Below, one piece after another: positions 1-9,397 of a DNA stretch of 64,000 bases; position 1 is the first letter of the stretch, and each line of letters begins with the position of its first letter. A program made the translations under genes and the position numbers. The notes below the pieces were generated by a model. It saw nothing but the letters and a program-made list of their open reading frames with translations. It was not told where the DNA came from and ran no database searches. Source of the DNA: a virus; the IMG/VR virus record IMGVR_UViG_3300023174_000089, positions 1-64,000 of that record; one strand, written 5' to 3'.

Positions 1-670
1 TAGAAGGATTTGATGTTACTAATGATCCTGTGTTTGCAAGAGAATTATTTGCTTGATTGAAAGCAGCTTGTGCTTTAGTATCTGCTGCAGTAATATTTGT
101 ATTCTGAGTTAGGTCAACACCTTCAGCGACTGTGATTCTAGCATTGGCAGTTGTAAGTCCACCAGCAGTTGCATTGGCTTGAGCAAAGGCTGCTGTAGCT
201 GCATTGGTTGCTATGGTGATATTGGTATTTTGAGTTGTATCCACACCCTCAATGATTGTCATGCGAGTGTTCTGCCAAACATCTACACCTTCAGCAATTG
301 TAATTCTAGTATTCTGTGCTGTATCCACACCCTCAATGATTGTCATGCGGGTGTTTTGGCCAACATCAACACCTTCTGCAATTGTAATTCTGGTGTTTTG
401 ATCCGTATTTACACCTTGTAATATTGTTATGTTATTACTATTGGTGTTGGCTGTCGACCTAGCAAATGAATCAATATTTGTTGGTGCTGATGTTTGTGAA
501 GTACCATCAGAAAATATAATAGAACTTAATACTTGAAATGTATTTGATGTGATTACATTGGCACTTCCATCACCATAGCGGTACCATGCACCTTTACTAG
601 CATACCAATAGTATTCAATACCATTTACTAATGCTATTTGATTGTTTGACGGTGATAACGGAAATGACAT
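1..670 (-). CDS. Tail-fibre-like protein with 14-aa coiled-coil repeats (3' end runs off the window; absent from ORF track)
   Basis: ATG at 670 reads MSFPLSPSNNQIALVNGIEYYW..., paralogous to the N-terminus of 2130..3920. Contains IxEGVDxxQNTRxT repeats and has AGGA RBS and ATAAATA upstream. Confidence 0.8.
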   Translation of the reverse strand, partial: MSFPLSPSNNQIALVNGIEYYWYASKGAWYRYGDGSANVITSNTFQVLSSIIFSDGTSQTSAPTNIDSFARSTANTNSNNITILQGVNTDQNTRITIAEGVDVGQNTRMTIIEGVDTAQNTRITIAEGVDVWQNTRMTIIEGVDTTQNTNITIATNAATAAFAQANATAGGLTTANARITVAEGVDLTQNTNITAADTKAQAAFNQANNSLANTGSLVTSNPS

Positions 671-693
671 GAAATATTCCTAAATTTATTTTA

Positions 694-701
694 TATTTAT
701 T
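694..701 (-). promoter_or_regulatory. T4-type late promoter-like motif (AATAAATA)
   Basis: Near-match to TATAAATA in the short spacer before the fibre gene. The spacer is duplicated at 3921-3954. Confidence 0.55.
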
Positions 702-2120
702 CTATGTATTGGTAATTGCATGAGTTTTTCGATAGCCCATACTGACTAAACTCCAATTTGTTGATGTTCCCACTTGAACTGGACTGGACCTATATGTTCT
801 GTTATTTTGTCCCAATTGACCATTCCAATTATTTCCCCACATCCATAGTGTACCATCACTTTTAACAGCTGCGGCTGTCCTTTGGTCATCAAATGCTATA
901 CTAGTCCAAGTGTTTGTTCCTAATTGAGTTGGGCTAGATTTGTGAGTTCCGTCAGCTGCGTTATTAAATCCTAATTGACCCTCTTGATTATTCCCCCATA
1001 TCCACAAAGTTCCATCGGTTCTTAGAGCAATACAATTGTTGCTAAATCTATTCAATTGATTAACGACTGCTTCACTCCATGTTGTGAGTGATCCCACTTG
1101 TGTTGGACTGGATCTATAACCATAGTTAATATTTAATCCCATTGCTCTGCCTGTTCCCCATGTCCATAAAGTTCCATCGGTTTTAATTGCCATAGCAACT
1201 GATACACCAATATTTACTTTACTCCATGTAGTGTTTGTTCCCACTTGAACGGGGCTGGATCTGCTTATATAAGTATCACCAGGCCGAGCCAACATAGGAA
1301 CAGGATTTGTTCCAGGACGATCACGGCCCCATGTCCATAAAGTACCATCAGTTTTAATGGCTGCTGTTATAGTTTCAGCAGCACTTACTGACATCCAATT
1401 CGTTGATGTTCCTACTTGTGTCGGACTAGATCTGCCACGATATGATGGAGTAAGTATGTTATTCAGTCCTAATTGACCATAATCATTTTTTCCCCAAGCC
1501 CATAATGTACCATCGGTTTTAATGGCTAATGCATGTGTTCCACTATGGCTCACTTTACTCCAATTGGTATCTGTTCCTACTTGAACGGGACTGGATTTGT
1601 AAGAATAAACATCATCGTTTAGGCCCAATACACCTTGATAACTTCTACCCCAAGCCCATAATGTACCATCGGTTTTAATAGCGAGTGTGCTAAGTCCTTT
1701 GGTGCTCAATACACTCCAATTTATACCTGTTCCTACTTGAACTGGACTAGATCGATCAATCGTGTCATTAAGTGCTAATTCTCCGGCGCCATTATAACCC
1801 CAAGTGTATAGTTTTGCTGTTGGTGGTACCGAAGTATCTTCAACTGTGATCGGATTTGTAGTTTGTCCTACTGTTGGTCCGTTTACTGAACCTGTAGACA
1901 AAGCAATACCTAATGTTTTGGTTCCGTCTAATGTCACATCTAAAGAAGTAGTAACATTGAATGTTGCTTGATTATTTGTAATTGTAATCGATCCAGTATT
2001 GCCACCAACGATATCTGAATTGGTTGTATTGCCTGTGGTTTTCCAATACAACACCGTGCCATCAGCCACTCTGGTTGTGATTACTGTATATTGAACTGTT
2101 TGACCTTCATTTAATGGCAT
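702..2120 (-). CDS. RCC1/BLIP-II-repeat beta-propeller protein with N-terminal Ig/Calx-beta-like domain; putative adhesin
   Basis: About 7 repeats of AIKTDGTLWxWGxNxxGQLGxN...SSPVQVG; N-terminal NEGQTVQYTV...GTVLYW domain. Confidence 0.8.
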   Translation of the reverse strand: MPLNEGQTVQYTVITTRVADGTVLYWKTTGNTTNSDIVGGNTGSITITNNQATFNVTTSLDVTLDGTKTLGIALSTGSVNGPTVGQTTNPITVEDTSVPPTAKLYTWGYNGAGELALNDTIDRSSPVQVGTGINWSVLSTKGLSTLAIKTDGTLWAWGRSYQGVLGLNDDVYSYKSSPVQVGTDTNWSKVSHSGTHALAIKTDGTLWAWGKNDYGQLGLNNILTPSYRGRSSPTQVGTSTNWMSVSAAETITAAIKTDGTLWTWGRDRPGTNPVPMLARPGDTYISRSSPVQVGTNTTWSKVNIGVSVAMAIKTDGTLWTWGTGRAMGLNINYGYRSSPTQVGSLTTWSEAVVNQLNRFSNNCIALRTDGTLWIWGNNQEGQLGFNNAADGTHKSSPTQLGTNTWTSIAFDDQRTAAAVKSDGTLWMWGNNWNGQLGQNNRTYRSSPVQVGTSTNWSLVSMGYRKTHAITNT

Positions 2121-2129
2121 TTTTAATCC

Positions 2130-3920
2130 TTATGCTACGTTAGCTGATATTAGATACGTTGGTCGTATGTATGATGATCTACCAATTGTTGGTCCAGTAA
2201 TATCAACCCAATTGTTTGCTGTGCCGTCATTTGTGTATCGGAGTAACACATCGATATCAGTATCATACCATAAATCACCAACTGTTGGATTGGCTGGTGC
2301 AGTTGTGCCTCCAGTCATTCTTAAATTTACGGCTGTTGCTTGAACTGTGCCATCCGGAAATGCTACGTTACCTTTAAAGTAATCTGCATTGACGTTTGCT
2401 TTGGCAAATGAAGCATGATTGATGTTGATGTTATTGTTTGCAACTACTTCTTGTGTATAACCTTTAAAAACATACCATTCTTTTGTTCCTACATCACGAA
2501 TAAATCCTGTATGTGCATTGGTACCATCATTGTAATGTCCTACTACACCAATATCCAATAGATCAGATGTATAATTTCCTACTCCTAATTGTATCAGAGA
2601 ATCATTGACTGTGAATGAAGATGTATTAATTGTTGTTGATGTACCTAATACAGTTAAATTTCCTGTAACGGCTAAATTCTGTGATACGTTGAGTGATCCA
2701 GTAATTGAACCACCAGATGTGGTGATTGCTGTATTTGCTAAATTAAAAGCAGCTTGTGCTTTAGTATCTGCTGCAGTAATGTTGGTGTTTTGTGTAAGGT
2801 CAACACCTTCAGCAACTGTAATTCTGGCATTAGCAGTTGTCAATCCGCCTGCTGTAGCATTTGCTTGAGCAAAGGCTGCTGTAGCTGCATTGGTTGAAAT
2901 TGTAATATTAGTATTCTGTGTTGCATCGACTGCTTCAGCATTTGTTAATCTGGTGTTTTGTGCCGCATCAACACCCTCGATGATTGACATACGAGTATTT
3001 TGTGCCGTATCCACACCTTGAATAATCGTAATATTGTTTGTTGCTGTATTAGCTTGAGTGAAGGCCGCATTGGCTGTTTGTCGAGCAAATGTATCAGCAC
3101 CACTCGCTGTATTGGCTGCATTAAAAGCAGCTTGTGCTTTGGTGTCTGCCGCAGTAATTTGTGTATTTTGCCAAAGGTCTACACCTTCAATAATTGTCAT
3201 GCGGGTGTTTTGGCCTACATCCACACCTTCAGCAATCGTTAATCTGGTGTTTGCTGATGTCAAGCCGCCAGCAGTCGCATTTGCTTGAGCAAAGGCTGCC
3301 GTAGCTGCATTGGTTGCTATGGTAATATTGGTGTTTTGGGTAACATCAACACCTTCTATAATTGTCATGCGGGTGTTTTGGCCTACATCTACACCTTCAA
3401 TGATTGACATACGAGTATTTTGACCTACATCAACACCTTCTGCTATCGTCAATCTTGTATTAGCACTTGTCAGACCACCAGCAGTTGCATTCGCTTGAGC
3501 AAAGGCAGCCTGTGCGGCATTGTTGGCTATAGTAATATTGGTGTTTTGAGTATCATCTACACCTTGAAGAACTACTGTGTTTGATGAAGCAGAGTTTGCC
3601 GTGCTTCTTGCAAACGCATCAACAGCAACACCAGCAGTTGTTTGAACTGTACCATCAGGAAATGTAATACCGTTGGCAGAACCAGTAATAAAAATTCCAC
3701 CAGTATAAACGTTACCTGTGATACCGGCACCACCAGAAACGATTAAAGTTCCTGAACCATTGGTTGTTGATTGTTGTGCAGAAGTTAAAAGTAATTGACC
3801 AATTGTTGCAGAGTTAATTGAACCATTTCTTTTCCAAACTCCAAGCACATTATTCCATTGATAAACAATGCCGTTTACAAGGGCAGTTTGGTTATTTGCT
3901 GGTGATAATGGGAAGGGCAT
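2130..3920 (-). CDS. Tail-fibre-like protein with 14-aa coiled-coil repeats
   Basis: Tandem IIEGVDVGQNTRMT repeats, GNLTVLGT...DSLIQLG fibre module, C-terminal PTVGDLWYD...NWVDI module. Confidence 0.8.
   Translation of the reverse strand: MPFPLSPANNQTALVNGIVYQWNNVLGVWKRNGSINSATIGQLLLTSAQQSTTNGSGTLIVSGGAGITGNVYTGGIFITGSANGITFPDGTVQTTAGVAVDAFARSTANSASSNTVVLQGVDDTQNTNITIANNAAQAAFAQANATAGGLTSANTRLTIAEGVDVGQNTRMSIIEGVDVGQNTRMTIIEGVDVTQNTNITIATNAATAAFAQANATAGGLTSANTRLTIAEGVDVGQNTRMTIIEGVDLWQNTQITAADTKAQAAFNAANTASGADTFARQTANAAFTQANTATNNITIIQGVDTAQNTRMSIIEGVDAAQNTRLTNAEAVDATQNTNITISTNAATAAFAQANATAGGLTTANARITVAEGVDLTQNTNITAADTKAQAAFNLANTAITTSGGSITGSLNVSQNLAVTGNLTVLGTSTTINTSSFTVNDSLIQLGVGNYTSDLLDIGVVGHYNDGTNAHTGFIRDVGTKEWYVFKGYTQEVVANNNININHASFAKANVNADYFKGNVAFPDGTVQATAVNLRMTGGTTAPANPTVGDLWYDTDIDVLLRYTNDGTANNWVDITGPTIGRSSYIRPTYLISANVA
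2750..3560 (-). repeat. 42-bp (14-aa) tandem coding repeats shared among paralogous fibre genes
   Basis: Units like ACACCTTCAATGATTGTCATGCGGGTGTTTTGGCC recur here, at about 60-420 and at about 5600-5850. Confidence 0.85.
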
Positions 3921-3943
3921 GTAATGTTCCTAAATTTATTCTA

Positions 3944-3951
3944 TATTTATT
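3944..3951 (-). promoter_or_regulatory. T4-type late promoter-like motif (AATAAATA)
   Basis: Same spacer as 671-701, upstream of the fibre gene. Confidence 0.55.
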
Positions 3952-3954
3952 CTG

Positions 3955-5349
3955 TTACGAGGACTTGAGTGCTAAAATATGAGCAGGTCCGCTCACCACT
4001 TTCAACCAATTGGTTGCTGTTCCTACTTGTACTGGACTGGATCTATTAACTCTATCATTTTGTCCTAATGATCCATATTCATTGATTCCCCACAACCATA
4101 GTGTGCCATCTGTTTTAATTGCTGAAGATTGGCCAATATGAGCACCAACATCACTCCAAGTTGTGTCTGAACCTATTTGTGTTGGACTGGATTTATAGGT
4201 TGAGTTATTGAGTCCTAATTGGCCATTACCATCCGCACCGGTCGAAAATATACGTCCATCTGTTCTAACCATAATTGAGTGTAGATAACCATTAGCAACT
4301 TTGCTCCATGTTGTAAGTGCTCCCACTTGTGTTGGAGATAAAATATAGTTACCACCGGCACCATTTAATCCAACAGAAGCTCGATTGGTACCCCACACCC
4401 ATAGTGTGCCATCCGTTTTAATTGCGCTAGCGTGAAATCCGATATCATTACCAAAAACTTTGTTCCAATTTGTTGAAGAACCTATTTGAACTGGACTAGA
4501 TTTATCGAGATTGGAAAATGCTCCAGCGCCATTACCTAATGTACCAAAAATTTCTCGGCCACAAGCCCATAGTGTACCATCCGTTTTAATTGCGTGCCAA
4601 AAAATACTACAATGTTGTTCACTCAATTTACTCCAATTAGTTGACGTTCCCACCTGAGTTGGACTGGAGCTAGTGATTGCATTATTGTTTCCTGAAACAC
4701 CATACGCACCATTACCCCATAACCACAAAGTACCATTGGTTTTAATAGCCATGCTATATCTTCTACCTTGGCATATCTCAGACCAATCTGTTCCTGATCC
4801 CACTTGAACTGGAGAGGATCTACTAACCATATCATTTTGTCCTAATTCACCATAACCATTATAACCCCAAGTCCATAGTGTACCATTGGTTTTGAGTCCC
4901 ATGCTGCTCCATTGATTTGCGGATATTTTACTCCATGTGGCATCCGATCCTACTTGTACTGGACTGGATCTACTAACTCTATCATTGAGTCCTAATTGGC
5001 CATGACTAGGATAATCTGAATTTGAACCCCATGCATACAAATATACTGCTGGAGAATTTGAAGTATCATTAACTGTAATTAGATTGGTTGTTGATACTAC
5101 AGTTGGTCCATTTATTGAACCTGTAGATATGGAAATACCTAATGTTTTTGTTCCATCAAGGCTTTCGTCAGAAAAAACAGTAACATTAAATGTTGCACGA
5201 TTGTTTGTAATTGTAATTGATCCAGTATTACCACCTACAATATCAGAGTTAGTAGTATTACCTGTGGTTTTCCAATATAATACAGTACCATCAGCTGTAT
5301 TAGTTGTAGTTACTGTATATTGGACTGTTTGACCTTCATTTAATGGCAT
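3955..5349 (-). CDS. RCC1/BLIP-II-repeat beta-propeller protein, paralog of 702..2120
   Basis: Same repeat consensus; first ~95 aa nearly identical to 702..2120. Confidence 0.8.
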   Translation of the reverse strand: MPLNEGQTVQYTVTTTNTADGTVLYWKTTGNTTNSDIVGGNTGSITITNNRATFNVTVFSDESLDGTKTLGISISTGSINGPTVVSTTNLITVNDTSNSPAVYLYAWGSNSDYPSHGQLGLNDRVSRSSPVQVGSDATWSKISANQWSSMGLKTNGTLWTWGYNGYGELGQNDMVSRSSPVQVGSGTDWSEICQGRRYSMAIKTNGTLWLWGNGAYGVSGNNNAITSSSPTQVGTSTNWSKLSEQHCSIFWHAIKTDGTLWACGREIFGTLGNGAGAFSNLDKSSPVQIGSSTNWNKVFGNDIGFHASAIKTDGTLWVWGTNRASVGLNGAGGNYILSPTQVGALTTWSKVANGYLHSIMVRTDGRIFSTGADGNGQLGLNNSTYKSSPTQIGSDTTWSDVGAHIGQSSAIKTDGTLWLWGINEYGSLGQNDRVNRSSPVQVGTATNWLKVVSGPAHILALKSS

Positions 5350-5358
5350 TTTTAATCC

Positions 5359-6648
5359 TTAACTTACATTAGATGTGATGGTGTATTGAACAACAATATT
5401 AGTTGATATTAATATTGGTCCTGATATATCGATCCAATTGTTGCTCACACCATCATATGAATACATATACAATGTTTCATCTGTTAAACTTAACCATAAA
5501 TCACCAACAGTATTGCTTGTTGGAGCTGTGTTACTTGTTGTTGCTCGAGCACCAGAGTTTGCTCTGTTGAATGCACCTTGTGCTAAAGAATTAATACTTG
5601 TAATCTGTGTATTTTGCCAAAGGTCAACACCTTCAATAATAGACATACGAGTATTTTGACCAACATCCACACCTTCAGCAATCGTTAATCTGGTATTCTG
5701 AGTGGCATCAACACCTTCTGCAATTGTAATTCTGGCATTAGCAGTTGTTAAACCACCTGCTGTAGCATTGGCTTGAGCAAAAGCTGCCGTAGCTGCATTG
5801 GTTGCTATGGTGATGTTACTATTCTGAGTAGCGTCAACGCCTTGAGTATAAACAGTATTTGAAGATGCAGTGTTTGCTGTGTTTCTAGCAAACGAATCTA
5901 TATTTGTTGCTGCGGTTGTTTGTGTAGTACCATCAGGAAACGCTACGTTGCCTTTAAAATAATCCGCATTAACATTAGCCTTAGTAAATGAAGCATGGTT
6001 AATATTGATATTATTATTTGCGGTAAGTTCTGGAGTGTAACCTTTAAAAACATACCATTCTTTTGTTCCAGGATCTCTTATGAATCCTGTATGTGCATTG
6101 GTACCATCATTATAATGTGCACTAATACCAATGTCTAATAAATCTGATGTGTAGTTTCCAACACCTAATTGTATTAAAGAATCAGTAACAGTAAAAGAAG
6201 TTGTATTAATTGTTGTGGATGTGCCTAATACAGTCAAGTTTCCTGTAACGGCTAAATCTTGTGATACATTTAATGATCCAGTAATTGTACCACCTGAAGT
6301 TGACAACTTTGTATTGGCAGCATTAAAGGCTGCCTGAGCATTAGTTTCTACGGCAGTAAGTCTATTGTTTTGTGCAAGATCAACACCAGAAAGATATAAC
6401 GTATTTGCTGAAGCGGTGTTTGCCTCAACGTATGCCGATTCACCTATTGAACCACGAATATCTCCTTGTGGTATCCATTTACGGCCACCTGGATACGAAC
6501 TGTTATAAGTCAATACATCACCAACATTAGCTGTACCTAAATTCGGTTCAGCAGAACTTAGGTCTAAGTATTGATATCGGTCAGCTGTAACATTTGCTGC
6601 AGTAGTAACTGGTACACGACCGCTAATTAATTGATTTTTGATTGACAT
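5359..6648 (-). CDS. Tail-fibre-like protein
   Basis: Shares the GNLTVLGT...NADYFKGNVAFPDGT module, 14-aa repeats and C-terminal GDLW module with 2130..3920, but has a different N-terminus (SGRV...DRYQYLDL...EPNLG). Confidence 0.75.
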   Translation of the reverse strand: MSIKNQLISGRVPVTTAANVTADRYQYLDLSSAEPNLGTANVGDVLTYNSSYPGGRKWIPQGDIRGSIGESAYVEANTASANTLYLSGVDLAQNNRLTAVETNAQAAFNAANTKLSTSGGTITGSLNVSQDLAVTGNLTVLGTSTTINTTSFTVTDSLIQLGVGNYTSDLLDIGISAHYNDGTNAHTGFIRDPGTKEWYVFKGYTPELTANNNININHASFTKANVNADYFKGNVAFPDGTTQTTAATNIDSFARNTANTASSNTVYTQGVDATQNSNITIATNAATAAFAQANATAGGLTTANARITIAEGVDATQNTRLTIAEGVDVGQNTRMSIIEGVDLWQNTQITSINSLAQGAFNRANSGARATTSNTAPTSNTVGDLWLSLTDETLYMYSYDGVSNNWIDISGPILISTNIVVQYTITSNVS

Positions 6649-6656
6649 ATTTGTTA

Positions 6657-6998
6657 TTAAGCGTTAGCAGTTTCAAGATAAGATAATACTAATTGTGCTC
6701 TATTATTTGCATTTGCACTAATTGTAAAAGAATCACCAGTTTGTAATATTAATTTACCCGATAACAAATTAACGGCATCATTAATTGGTATTGTTACATT
6801 TTTAATAATTGATGTGGAATTACCACCACGAACATGACTAGCAGAAATAGTTACAGAATTGGTGTCATCAATGTTTGAAACCTGTGTTAACAATACAACA
6901 GTTGTTACGCCAGCAGGTGTGGTGTATACGTTTGTGGTTGTTGTAGTAACATTAGCCGTTGTTGTTTTAAATGTATTTAATGGAATTTGTGTTGCCAT
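6657..6998 (-). CDS. Small virion/fibre connector protein
   Basis: 113-aa beta-rich ORF tightly packed between fibre genes. Confidence 0.55.
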   Translation of the reverse strand: MATQIPLNTFKTTTANVTTTTTNVYTTPAGVTTVVLLTQVSNIDDTNSVTISASHVRGGNSTSIIKNVTIPINDAVNLLSGKLILQTGDSFTISANANNRAQLVLSYLETANA

Positions 6999-7002
6999 TT
7001 TA

Positions 7003-8874
7003 TTAACCTTCTAGAGCGAGTATGTAAGGAGTCATTTCAGCAAAAAGGCTTTTCGAGAAAGTTCTTCCTGAAATTGTTGATGTTGATTGATTAATTGTTA
7101 AATCAGATACAACAAAATTACCACTTTGGTCTGTTGAAGTAGCAAACACAGCACCTTCACCTATACCAATAATTTGTGCAGTCGAGTTAGCAATACCACC
7201 TAACCTTGGCAAAGCATTGATTGATGTTCCGGCACCGACATATTCAAATGTTTGACCAGAAGCTCTCAACTGGCTTTGTTGATAGAATTTTACCGTTGTT
7301 CCATTTGGCCACGAATTTGCAATTGAGTTTTGGAATGTTACAGTTGTTACACCGCCACTCAAAGTTGTGGCTTCAACAACAGAGTAATAATTCTCAGCTG
7401 CATCACCATCTATTTTCATAATTAATCCTGCATATGGAATCGTTGCTGTAATACCTAATGAACTGTTTGCTGTAACACTATTTAGATTCATGGTGAAACC
7501 AGCTTCATCACTTGTTACATCAACTGTTGCAGTCATCGCTAATTTACCTTTACCGTTGGCAACTAGACCTTTATTACCAAAGTTTACGGTACAGTTACCC
7601 ATCGAAGCACTACCACCACTTTCGGCTAAGAATGCTGTATCACAGAAGATACCATAGATAGAAACTAACTGAGCATATCCATCATTTAAAATATGAACGC
7701 CAGTACCACCAGAATTAACTTGGGTAAACTGTGCAGAGATCATACTCTTGTTGCCTGTCACCAAATCCCCATCAATCTTAATGCCTGTTCCTGTTGTTGT
7801 TATAGAAGAACTATTGTAGATGTATGGACTGCCTGTGATATATGTCGTATAACGAGAAGAAGAAGATGCTGGTGATGTTCTGAGTGGTATGCCTATAGAG
7901 TAAACGGAAGTATTGTTTGGTTGTGTTGACCAGCTTGCATCTACTGTGGCCACTTTTGTTGTGCCATTGTATGATGTTACATTGGCTGATTGACCTGAAC
8001 CTGTACCACTAGTGATGGTTACTCTCATACTCTTATAATAATCAGTATATGTTGAGGCACCAGAATTTAATGTGATTGTATTTGTACCGCCTGCTTGTGC
8101 TGTACCTGTTTCTAGTGTTGAAGGTGGGAAAGAAACAGCAGCACCAGTATAATCAATAAATTTAAATCCTGTTATGTAACTATTATTATTTACATAGAAA
8201 ACATTGTTTGAACTGGTTTGTGGTTTAATGATACAAGTTCTTTCACCAGAACCTTGCACTTGAACATTTTGTGGAATAATAATTGGTGTAATCTCTGTAT
8301 ATGTTCCTGAATGAACTATAACAGAATCACCAGGATTTGCTGCAGCAACAGCAGCACGAATGGTTCTTTTTGCTGAACTAGGTGTGTCACCTTTAAAGTT
8401 ATCATTACCATTCATTGCCACATGCCATGTATTACCTGTTGGTGTAGAAGAAATATCAACAATTTGTCCGTTGTTCAACTGAATGAACATTCTACCATCA
8501 TTTAAATTGATTGATGGTTCACCTGGTTTTAATGTATTGGTTGCTGGTATAGCACCGGAAGCAGTATTAGAATATGTTAATGCTACATTTGAAACTGCAC
8601 CAAGTGCAACAGAGTTTGCTTTATCAAAGGCGGCATTGGCATGTGTGTAAGCTAATTGTCCAACAGTACCAGCTGCTGTATTGGCAGCGTCAAAGGCTGC
8701 TTGAGTAAAAGCTTTAGTTGAAAGTGCTGTACCACCGGCTGTTACGCCATCATGAACAACAACTGTTTTTTGATCTGTATCTACCGTGAGTTCGGCCAGA
8801 GCACCAGTAAATGATGCTGTCTGTGCCGTAGTACCTCTACGAATTTGAACTATAGTAGAATTATTAGCTGCCAT
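7003..8874 (-). CDS. Tail fibre/spike with Mtd-N-like N-terminal domain and pectin-lyase-like beta-helix
   Basis: N-terminus VQIRRGTTAQ..FTGALAELTVDTD.KTVVVHDGVTAGG; WHVAMNGND...KRTIRAAV...GDSVIVHSGTYTE beta-helix entry motif. Confidence 0.7.
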   Translation of the reverse strand: MAANNSTIVQIRRGTTAQTASFTGALAELTVDTDQKTVVVHDGVTAGGTALSTKAFTQAAFDAANTAAGTVGQLAYTHANAAFDKANSVALGAVSNVALTYSNTASGAIPATNTLKPGEPSINLNDGRMFIQLNNGQIVDISSTPTGNTWHVAMNGNDNFKGDTPSSAKRTIRAAVAAANPGDSVIVHSGTYTEITPIIIPQNVQVQGSGERTCIIKPQTSSNNVFYVNNNSYITGFKFIDYTGAAVSFPPSTLETGTAQAGGTNTITLNSGASTYTDYYKSMRVTITSGTGSGQSANVTSYNGTTKVATVDASWSTQPNNTSVYSIGIPLRTSPASSSSRYTTYITGSPYIYNSSSITTTGTGIKIDGDLVTGNKSMISAQFTQVNSGGTGVHILNDGYAQLVSIYGIFCDTAFLAESGGSASMGNCTVNFGNKGLVANGKGKLAMTATVDVTSDEAGFTMNLNSVTANSSLGITATIPYAGLIMKIDGDAAENYYSVVEATTLSGGVTTVTFQNSIANSWPNGTTVKFYQQSQLRASGQTFEYVGAGTSINALPRLGGIANSTAQIIGIGEGAVFATSTDQSGNFVVSDLTINQSTSTISGRTFSKSLFAEMTPYILALEG

Positions 8875-8897
8875 ATTTTTTCCAAATTATATAGTGT

Positions 8898-8905
8898 TAT
8901 TTATA
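8898..8905 (-). promoter_or_regulatory. T4 late promoter TATAAATA
   Basis: Perfect consensus ~25 nt upstream of the 8874 start; gp33 is encoded in this window. Confidence 0.7.
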
Positions 8906-9392
8906 GTGTTCCGTAATCGAATAATATTGGACCTGGTGTTTGAGGTATCCAACCATGATCAACATATTGTGCGCCAGTTATTGTATAAGTTCCCGTTCCA
9001 GTATTGGCTCTATCAAAAGCGGCTTGTGCTAGAACATTGGCCGAGTTGGCTTTGGTTCTAGCATAATTATCAATCGAATCTCCTACGCCTGCGGCAGTAG
9101 AATTAATAACAATTGTTTTATTAAATGTGTCTGTTGTTATGGTAATATTATTACCAGGAACAATGGATAGTGTATCTGAGGGAGAAGTTGCTAATATTAA
9201 AGATGAATTAGCATTGATTGTGGCAAACGATTGTGTTGATGAGCCAGTAGAAATACTAGCAATAGAACCATTTGCATGGCGATAAAACAGTCTACCATCG
9301 GCATAGTTTAACGCCAACTCACCATAAGATAGTGAAGATGGTACGTTACCTGACTGTCCTGATTTCTTTAACTGTAATGTTGTATTTGCCAT
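8901..9392 (-). CDS. Fibre-associated structural protein
   Basis: N-terminus LQLKKSG...PSSLSYGELALNYADG shared with neighbouring genes. Confidence 0.6.
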   Translation of the reverse strand: MANTTLQLKKSGQSGNVPSSLSYGELALNYADGRLFYRHANGSIASISTGSSTQSFATINANSSLILATSPSDTLSIVPGNNITITTDTFNKTIVINSTAAGVGDSIDNYARTKANSANVLAQAAFDRANTGTGTYTITGAQYVDHGWIPQTPGPILFDYGTL

Positions 9393-9397
9393 TTACC

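Noticed and set aside
60-5850. 42-bp repeats as a possible CRISPR array
   Set aside because: The repeats are degenerate, in-frame and coding, with no unique spacers and no cas operon.
702-8874. Diversity-generating retroelement, suggested by Mtd-like N-termini and paralogous adhesins
   Set aside because: No reverse transcriptase in the window and no template/variable repeat pair with adenine-specific differences was seen. The Mtd similarity covers only the N-terminal domain.
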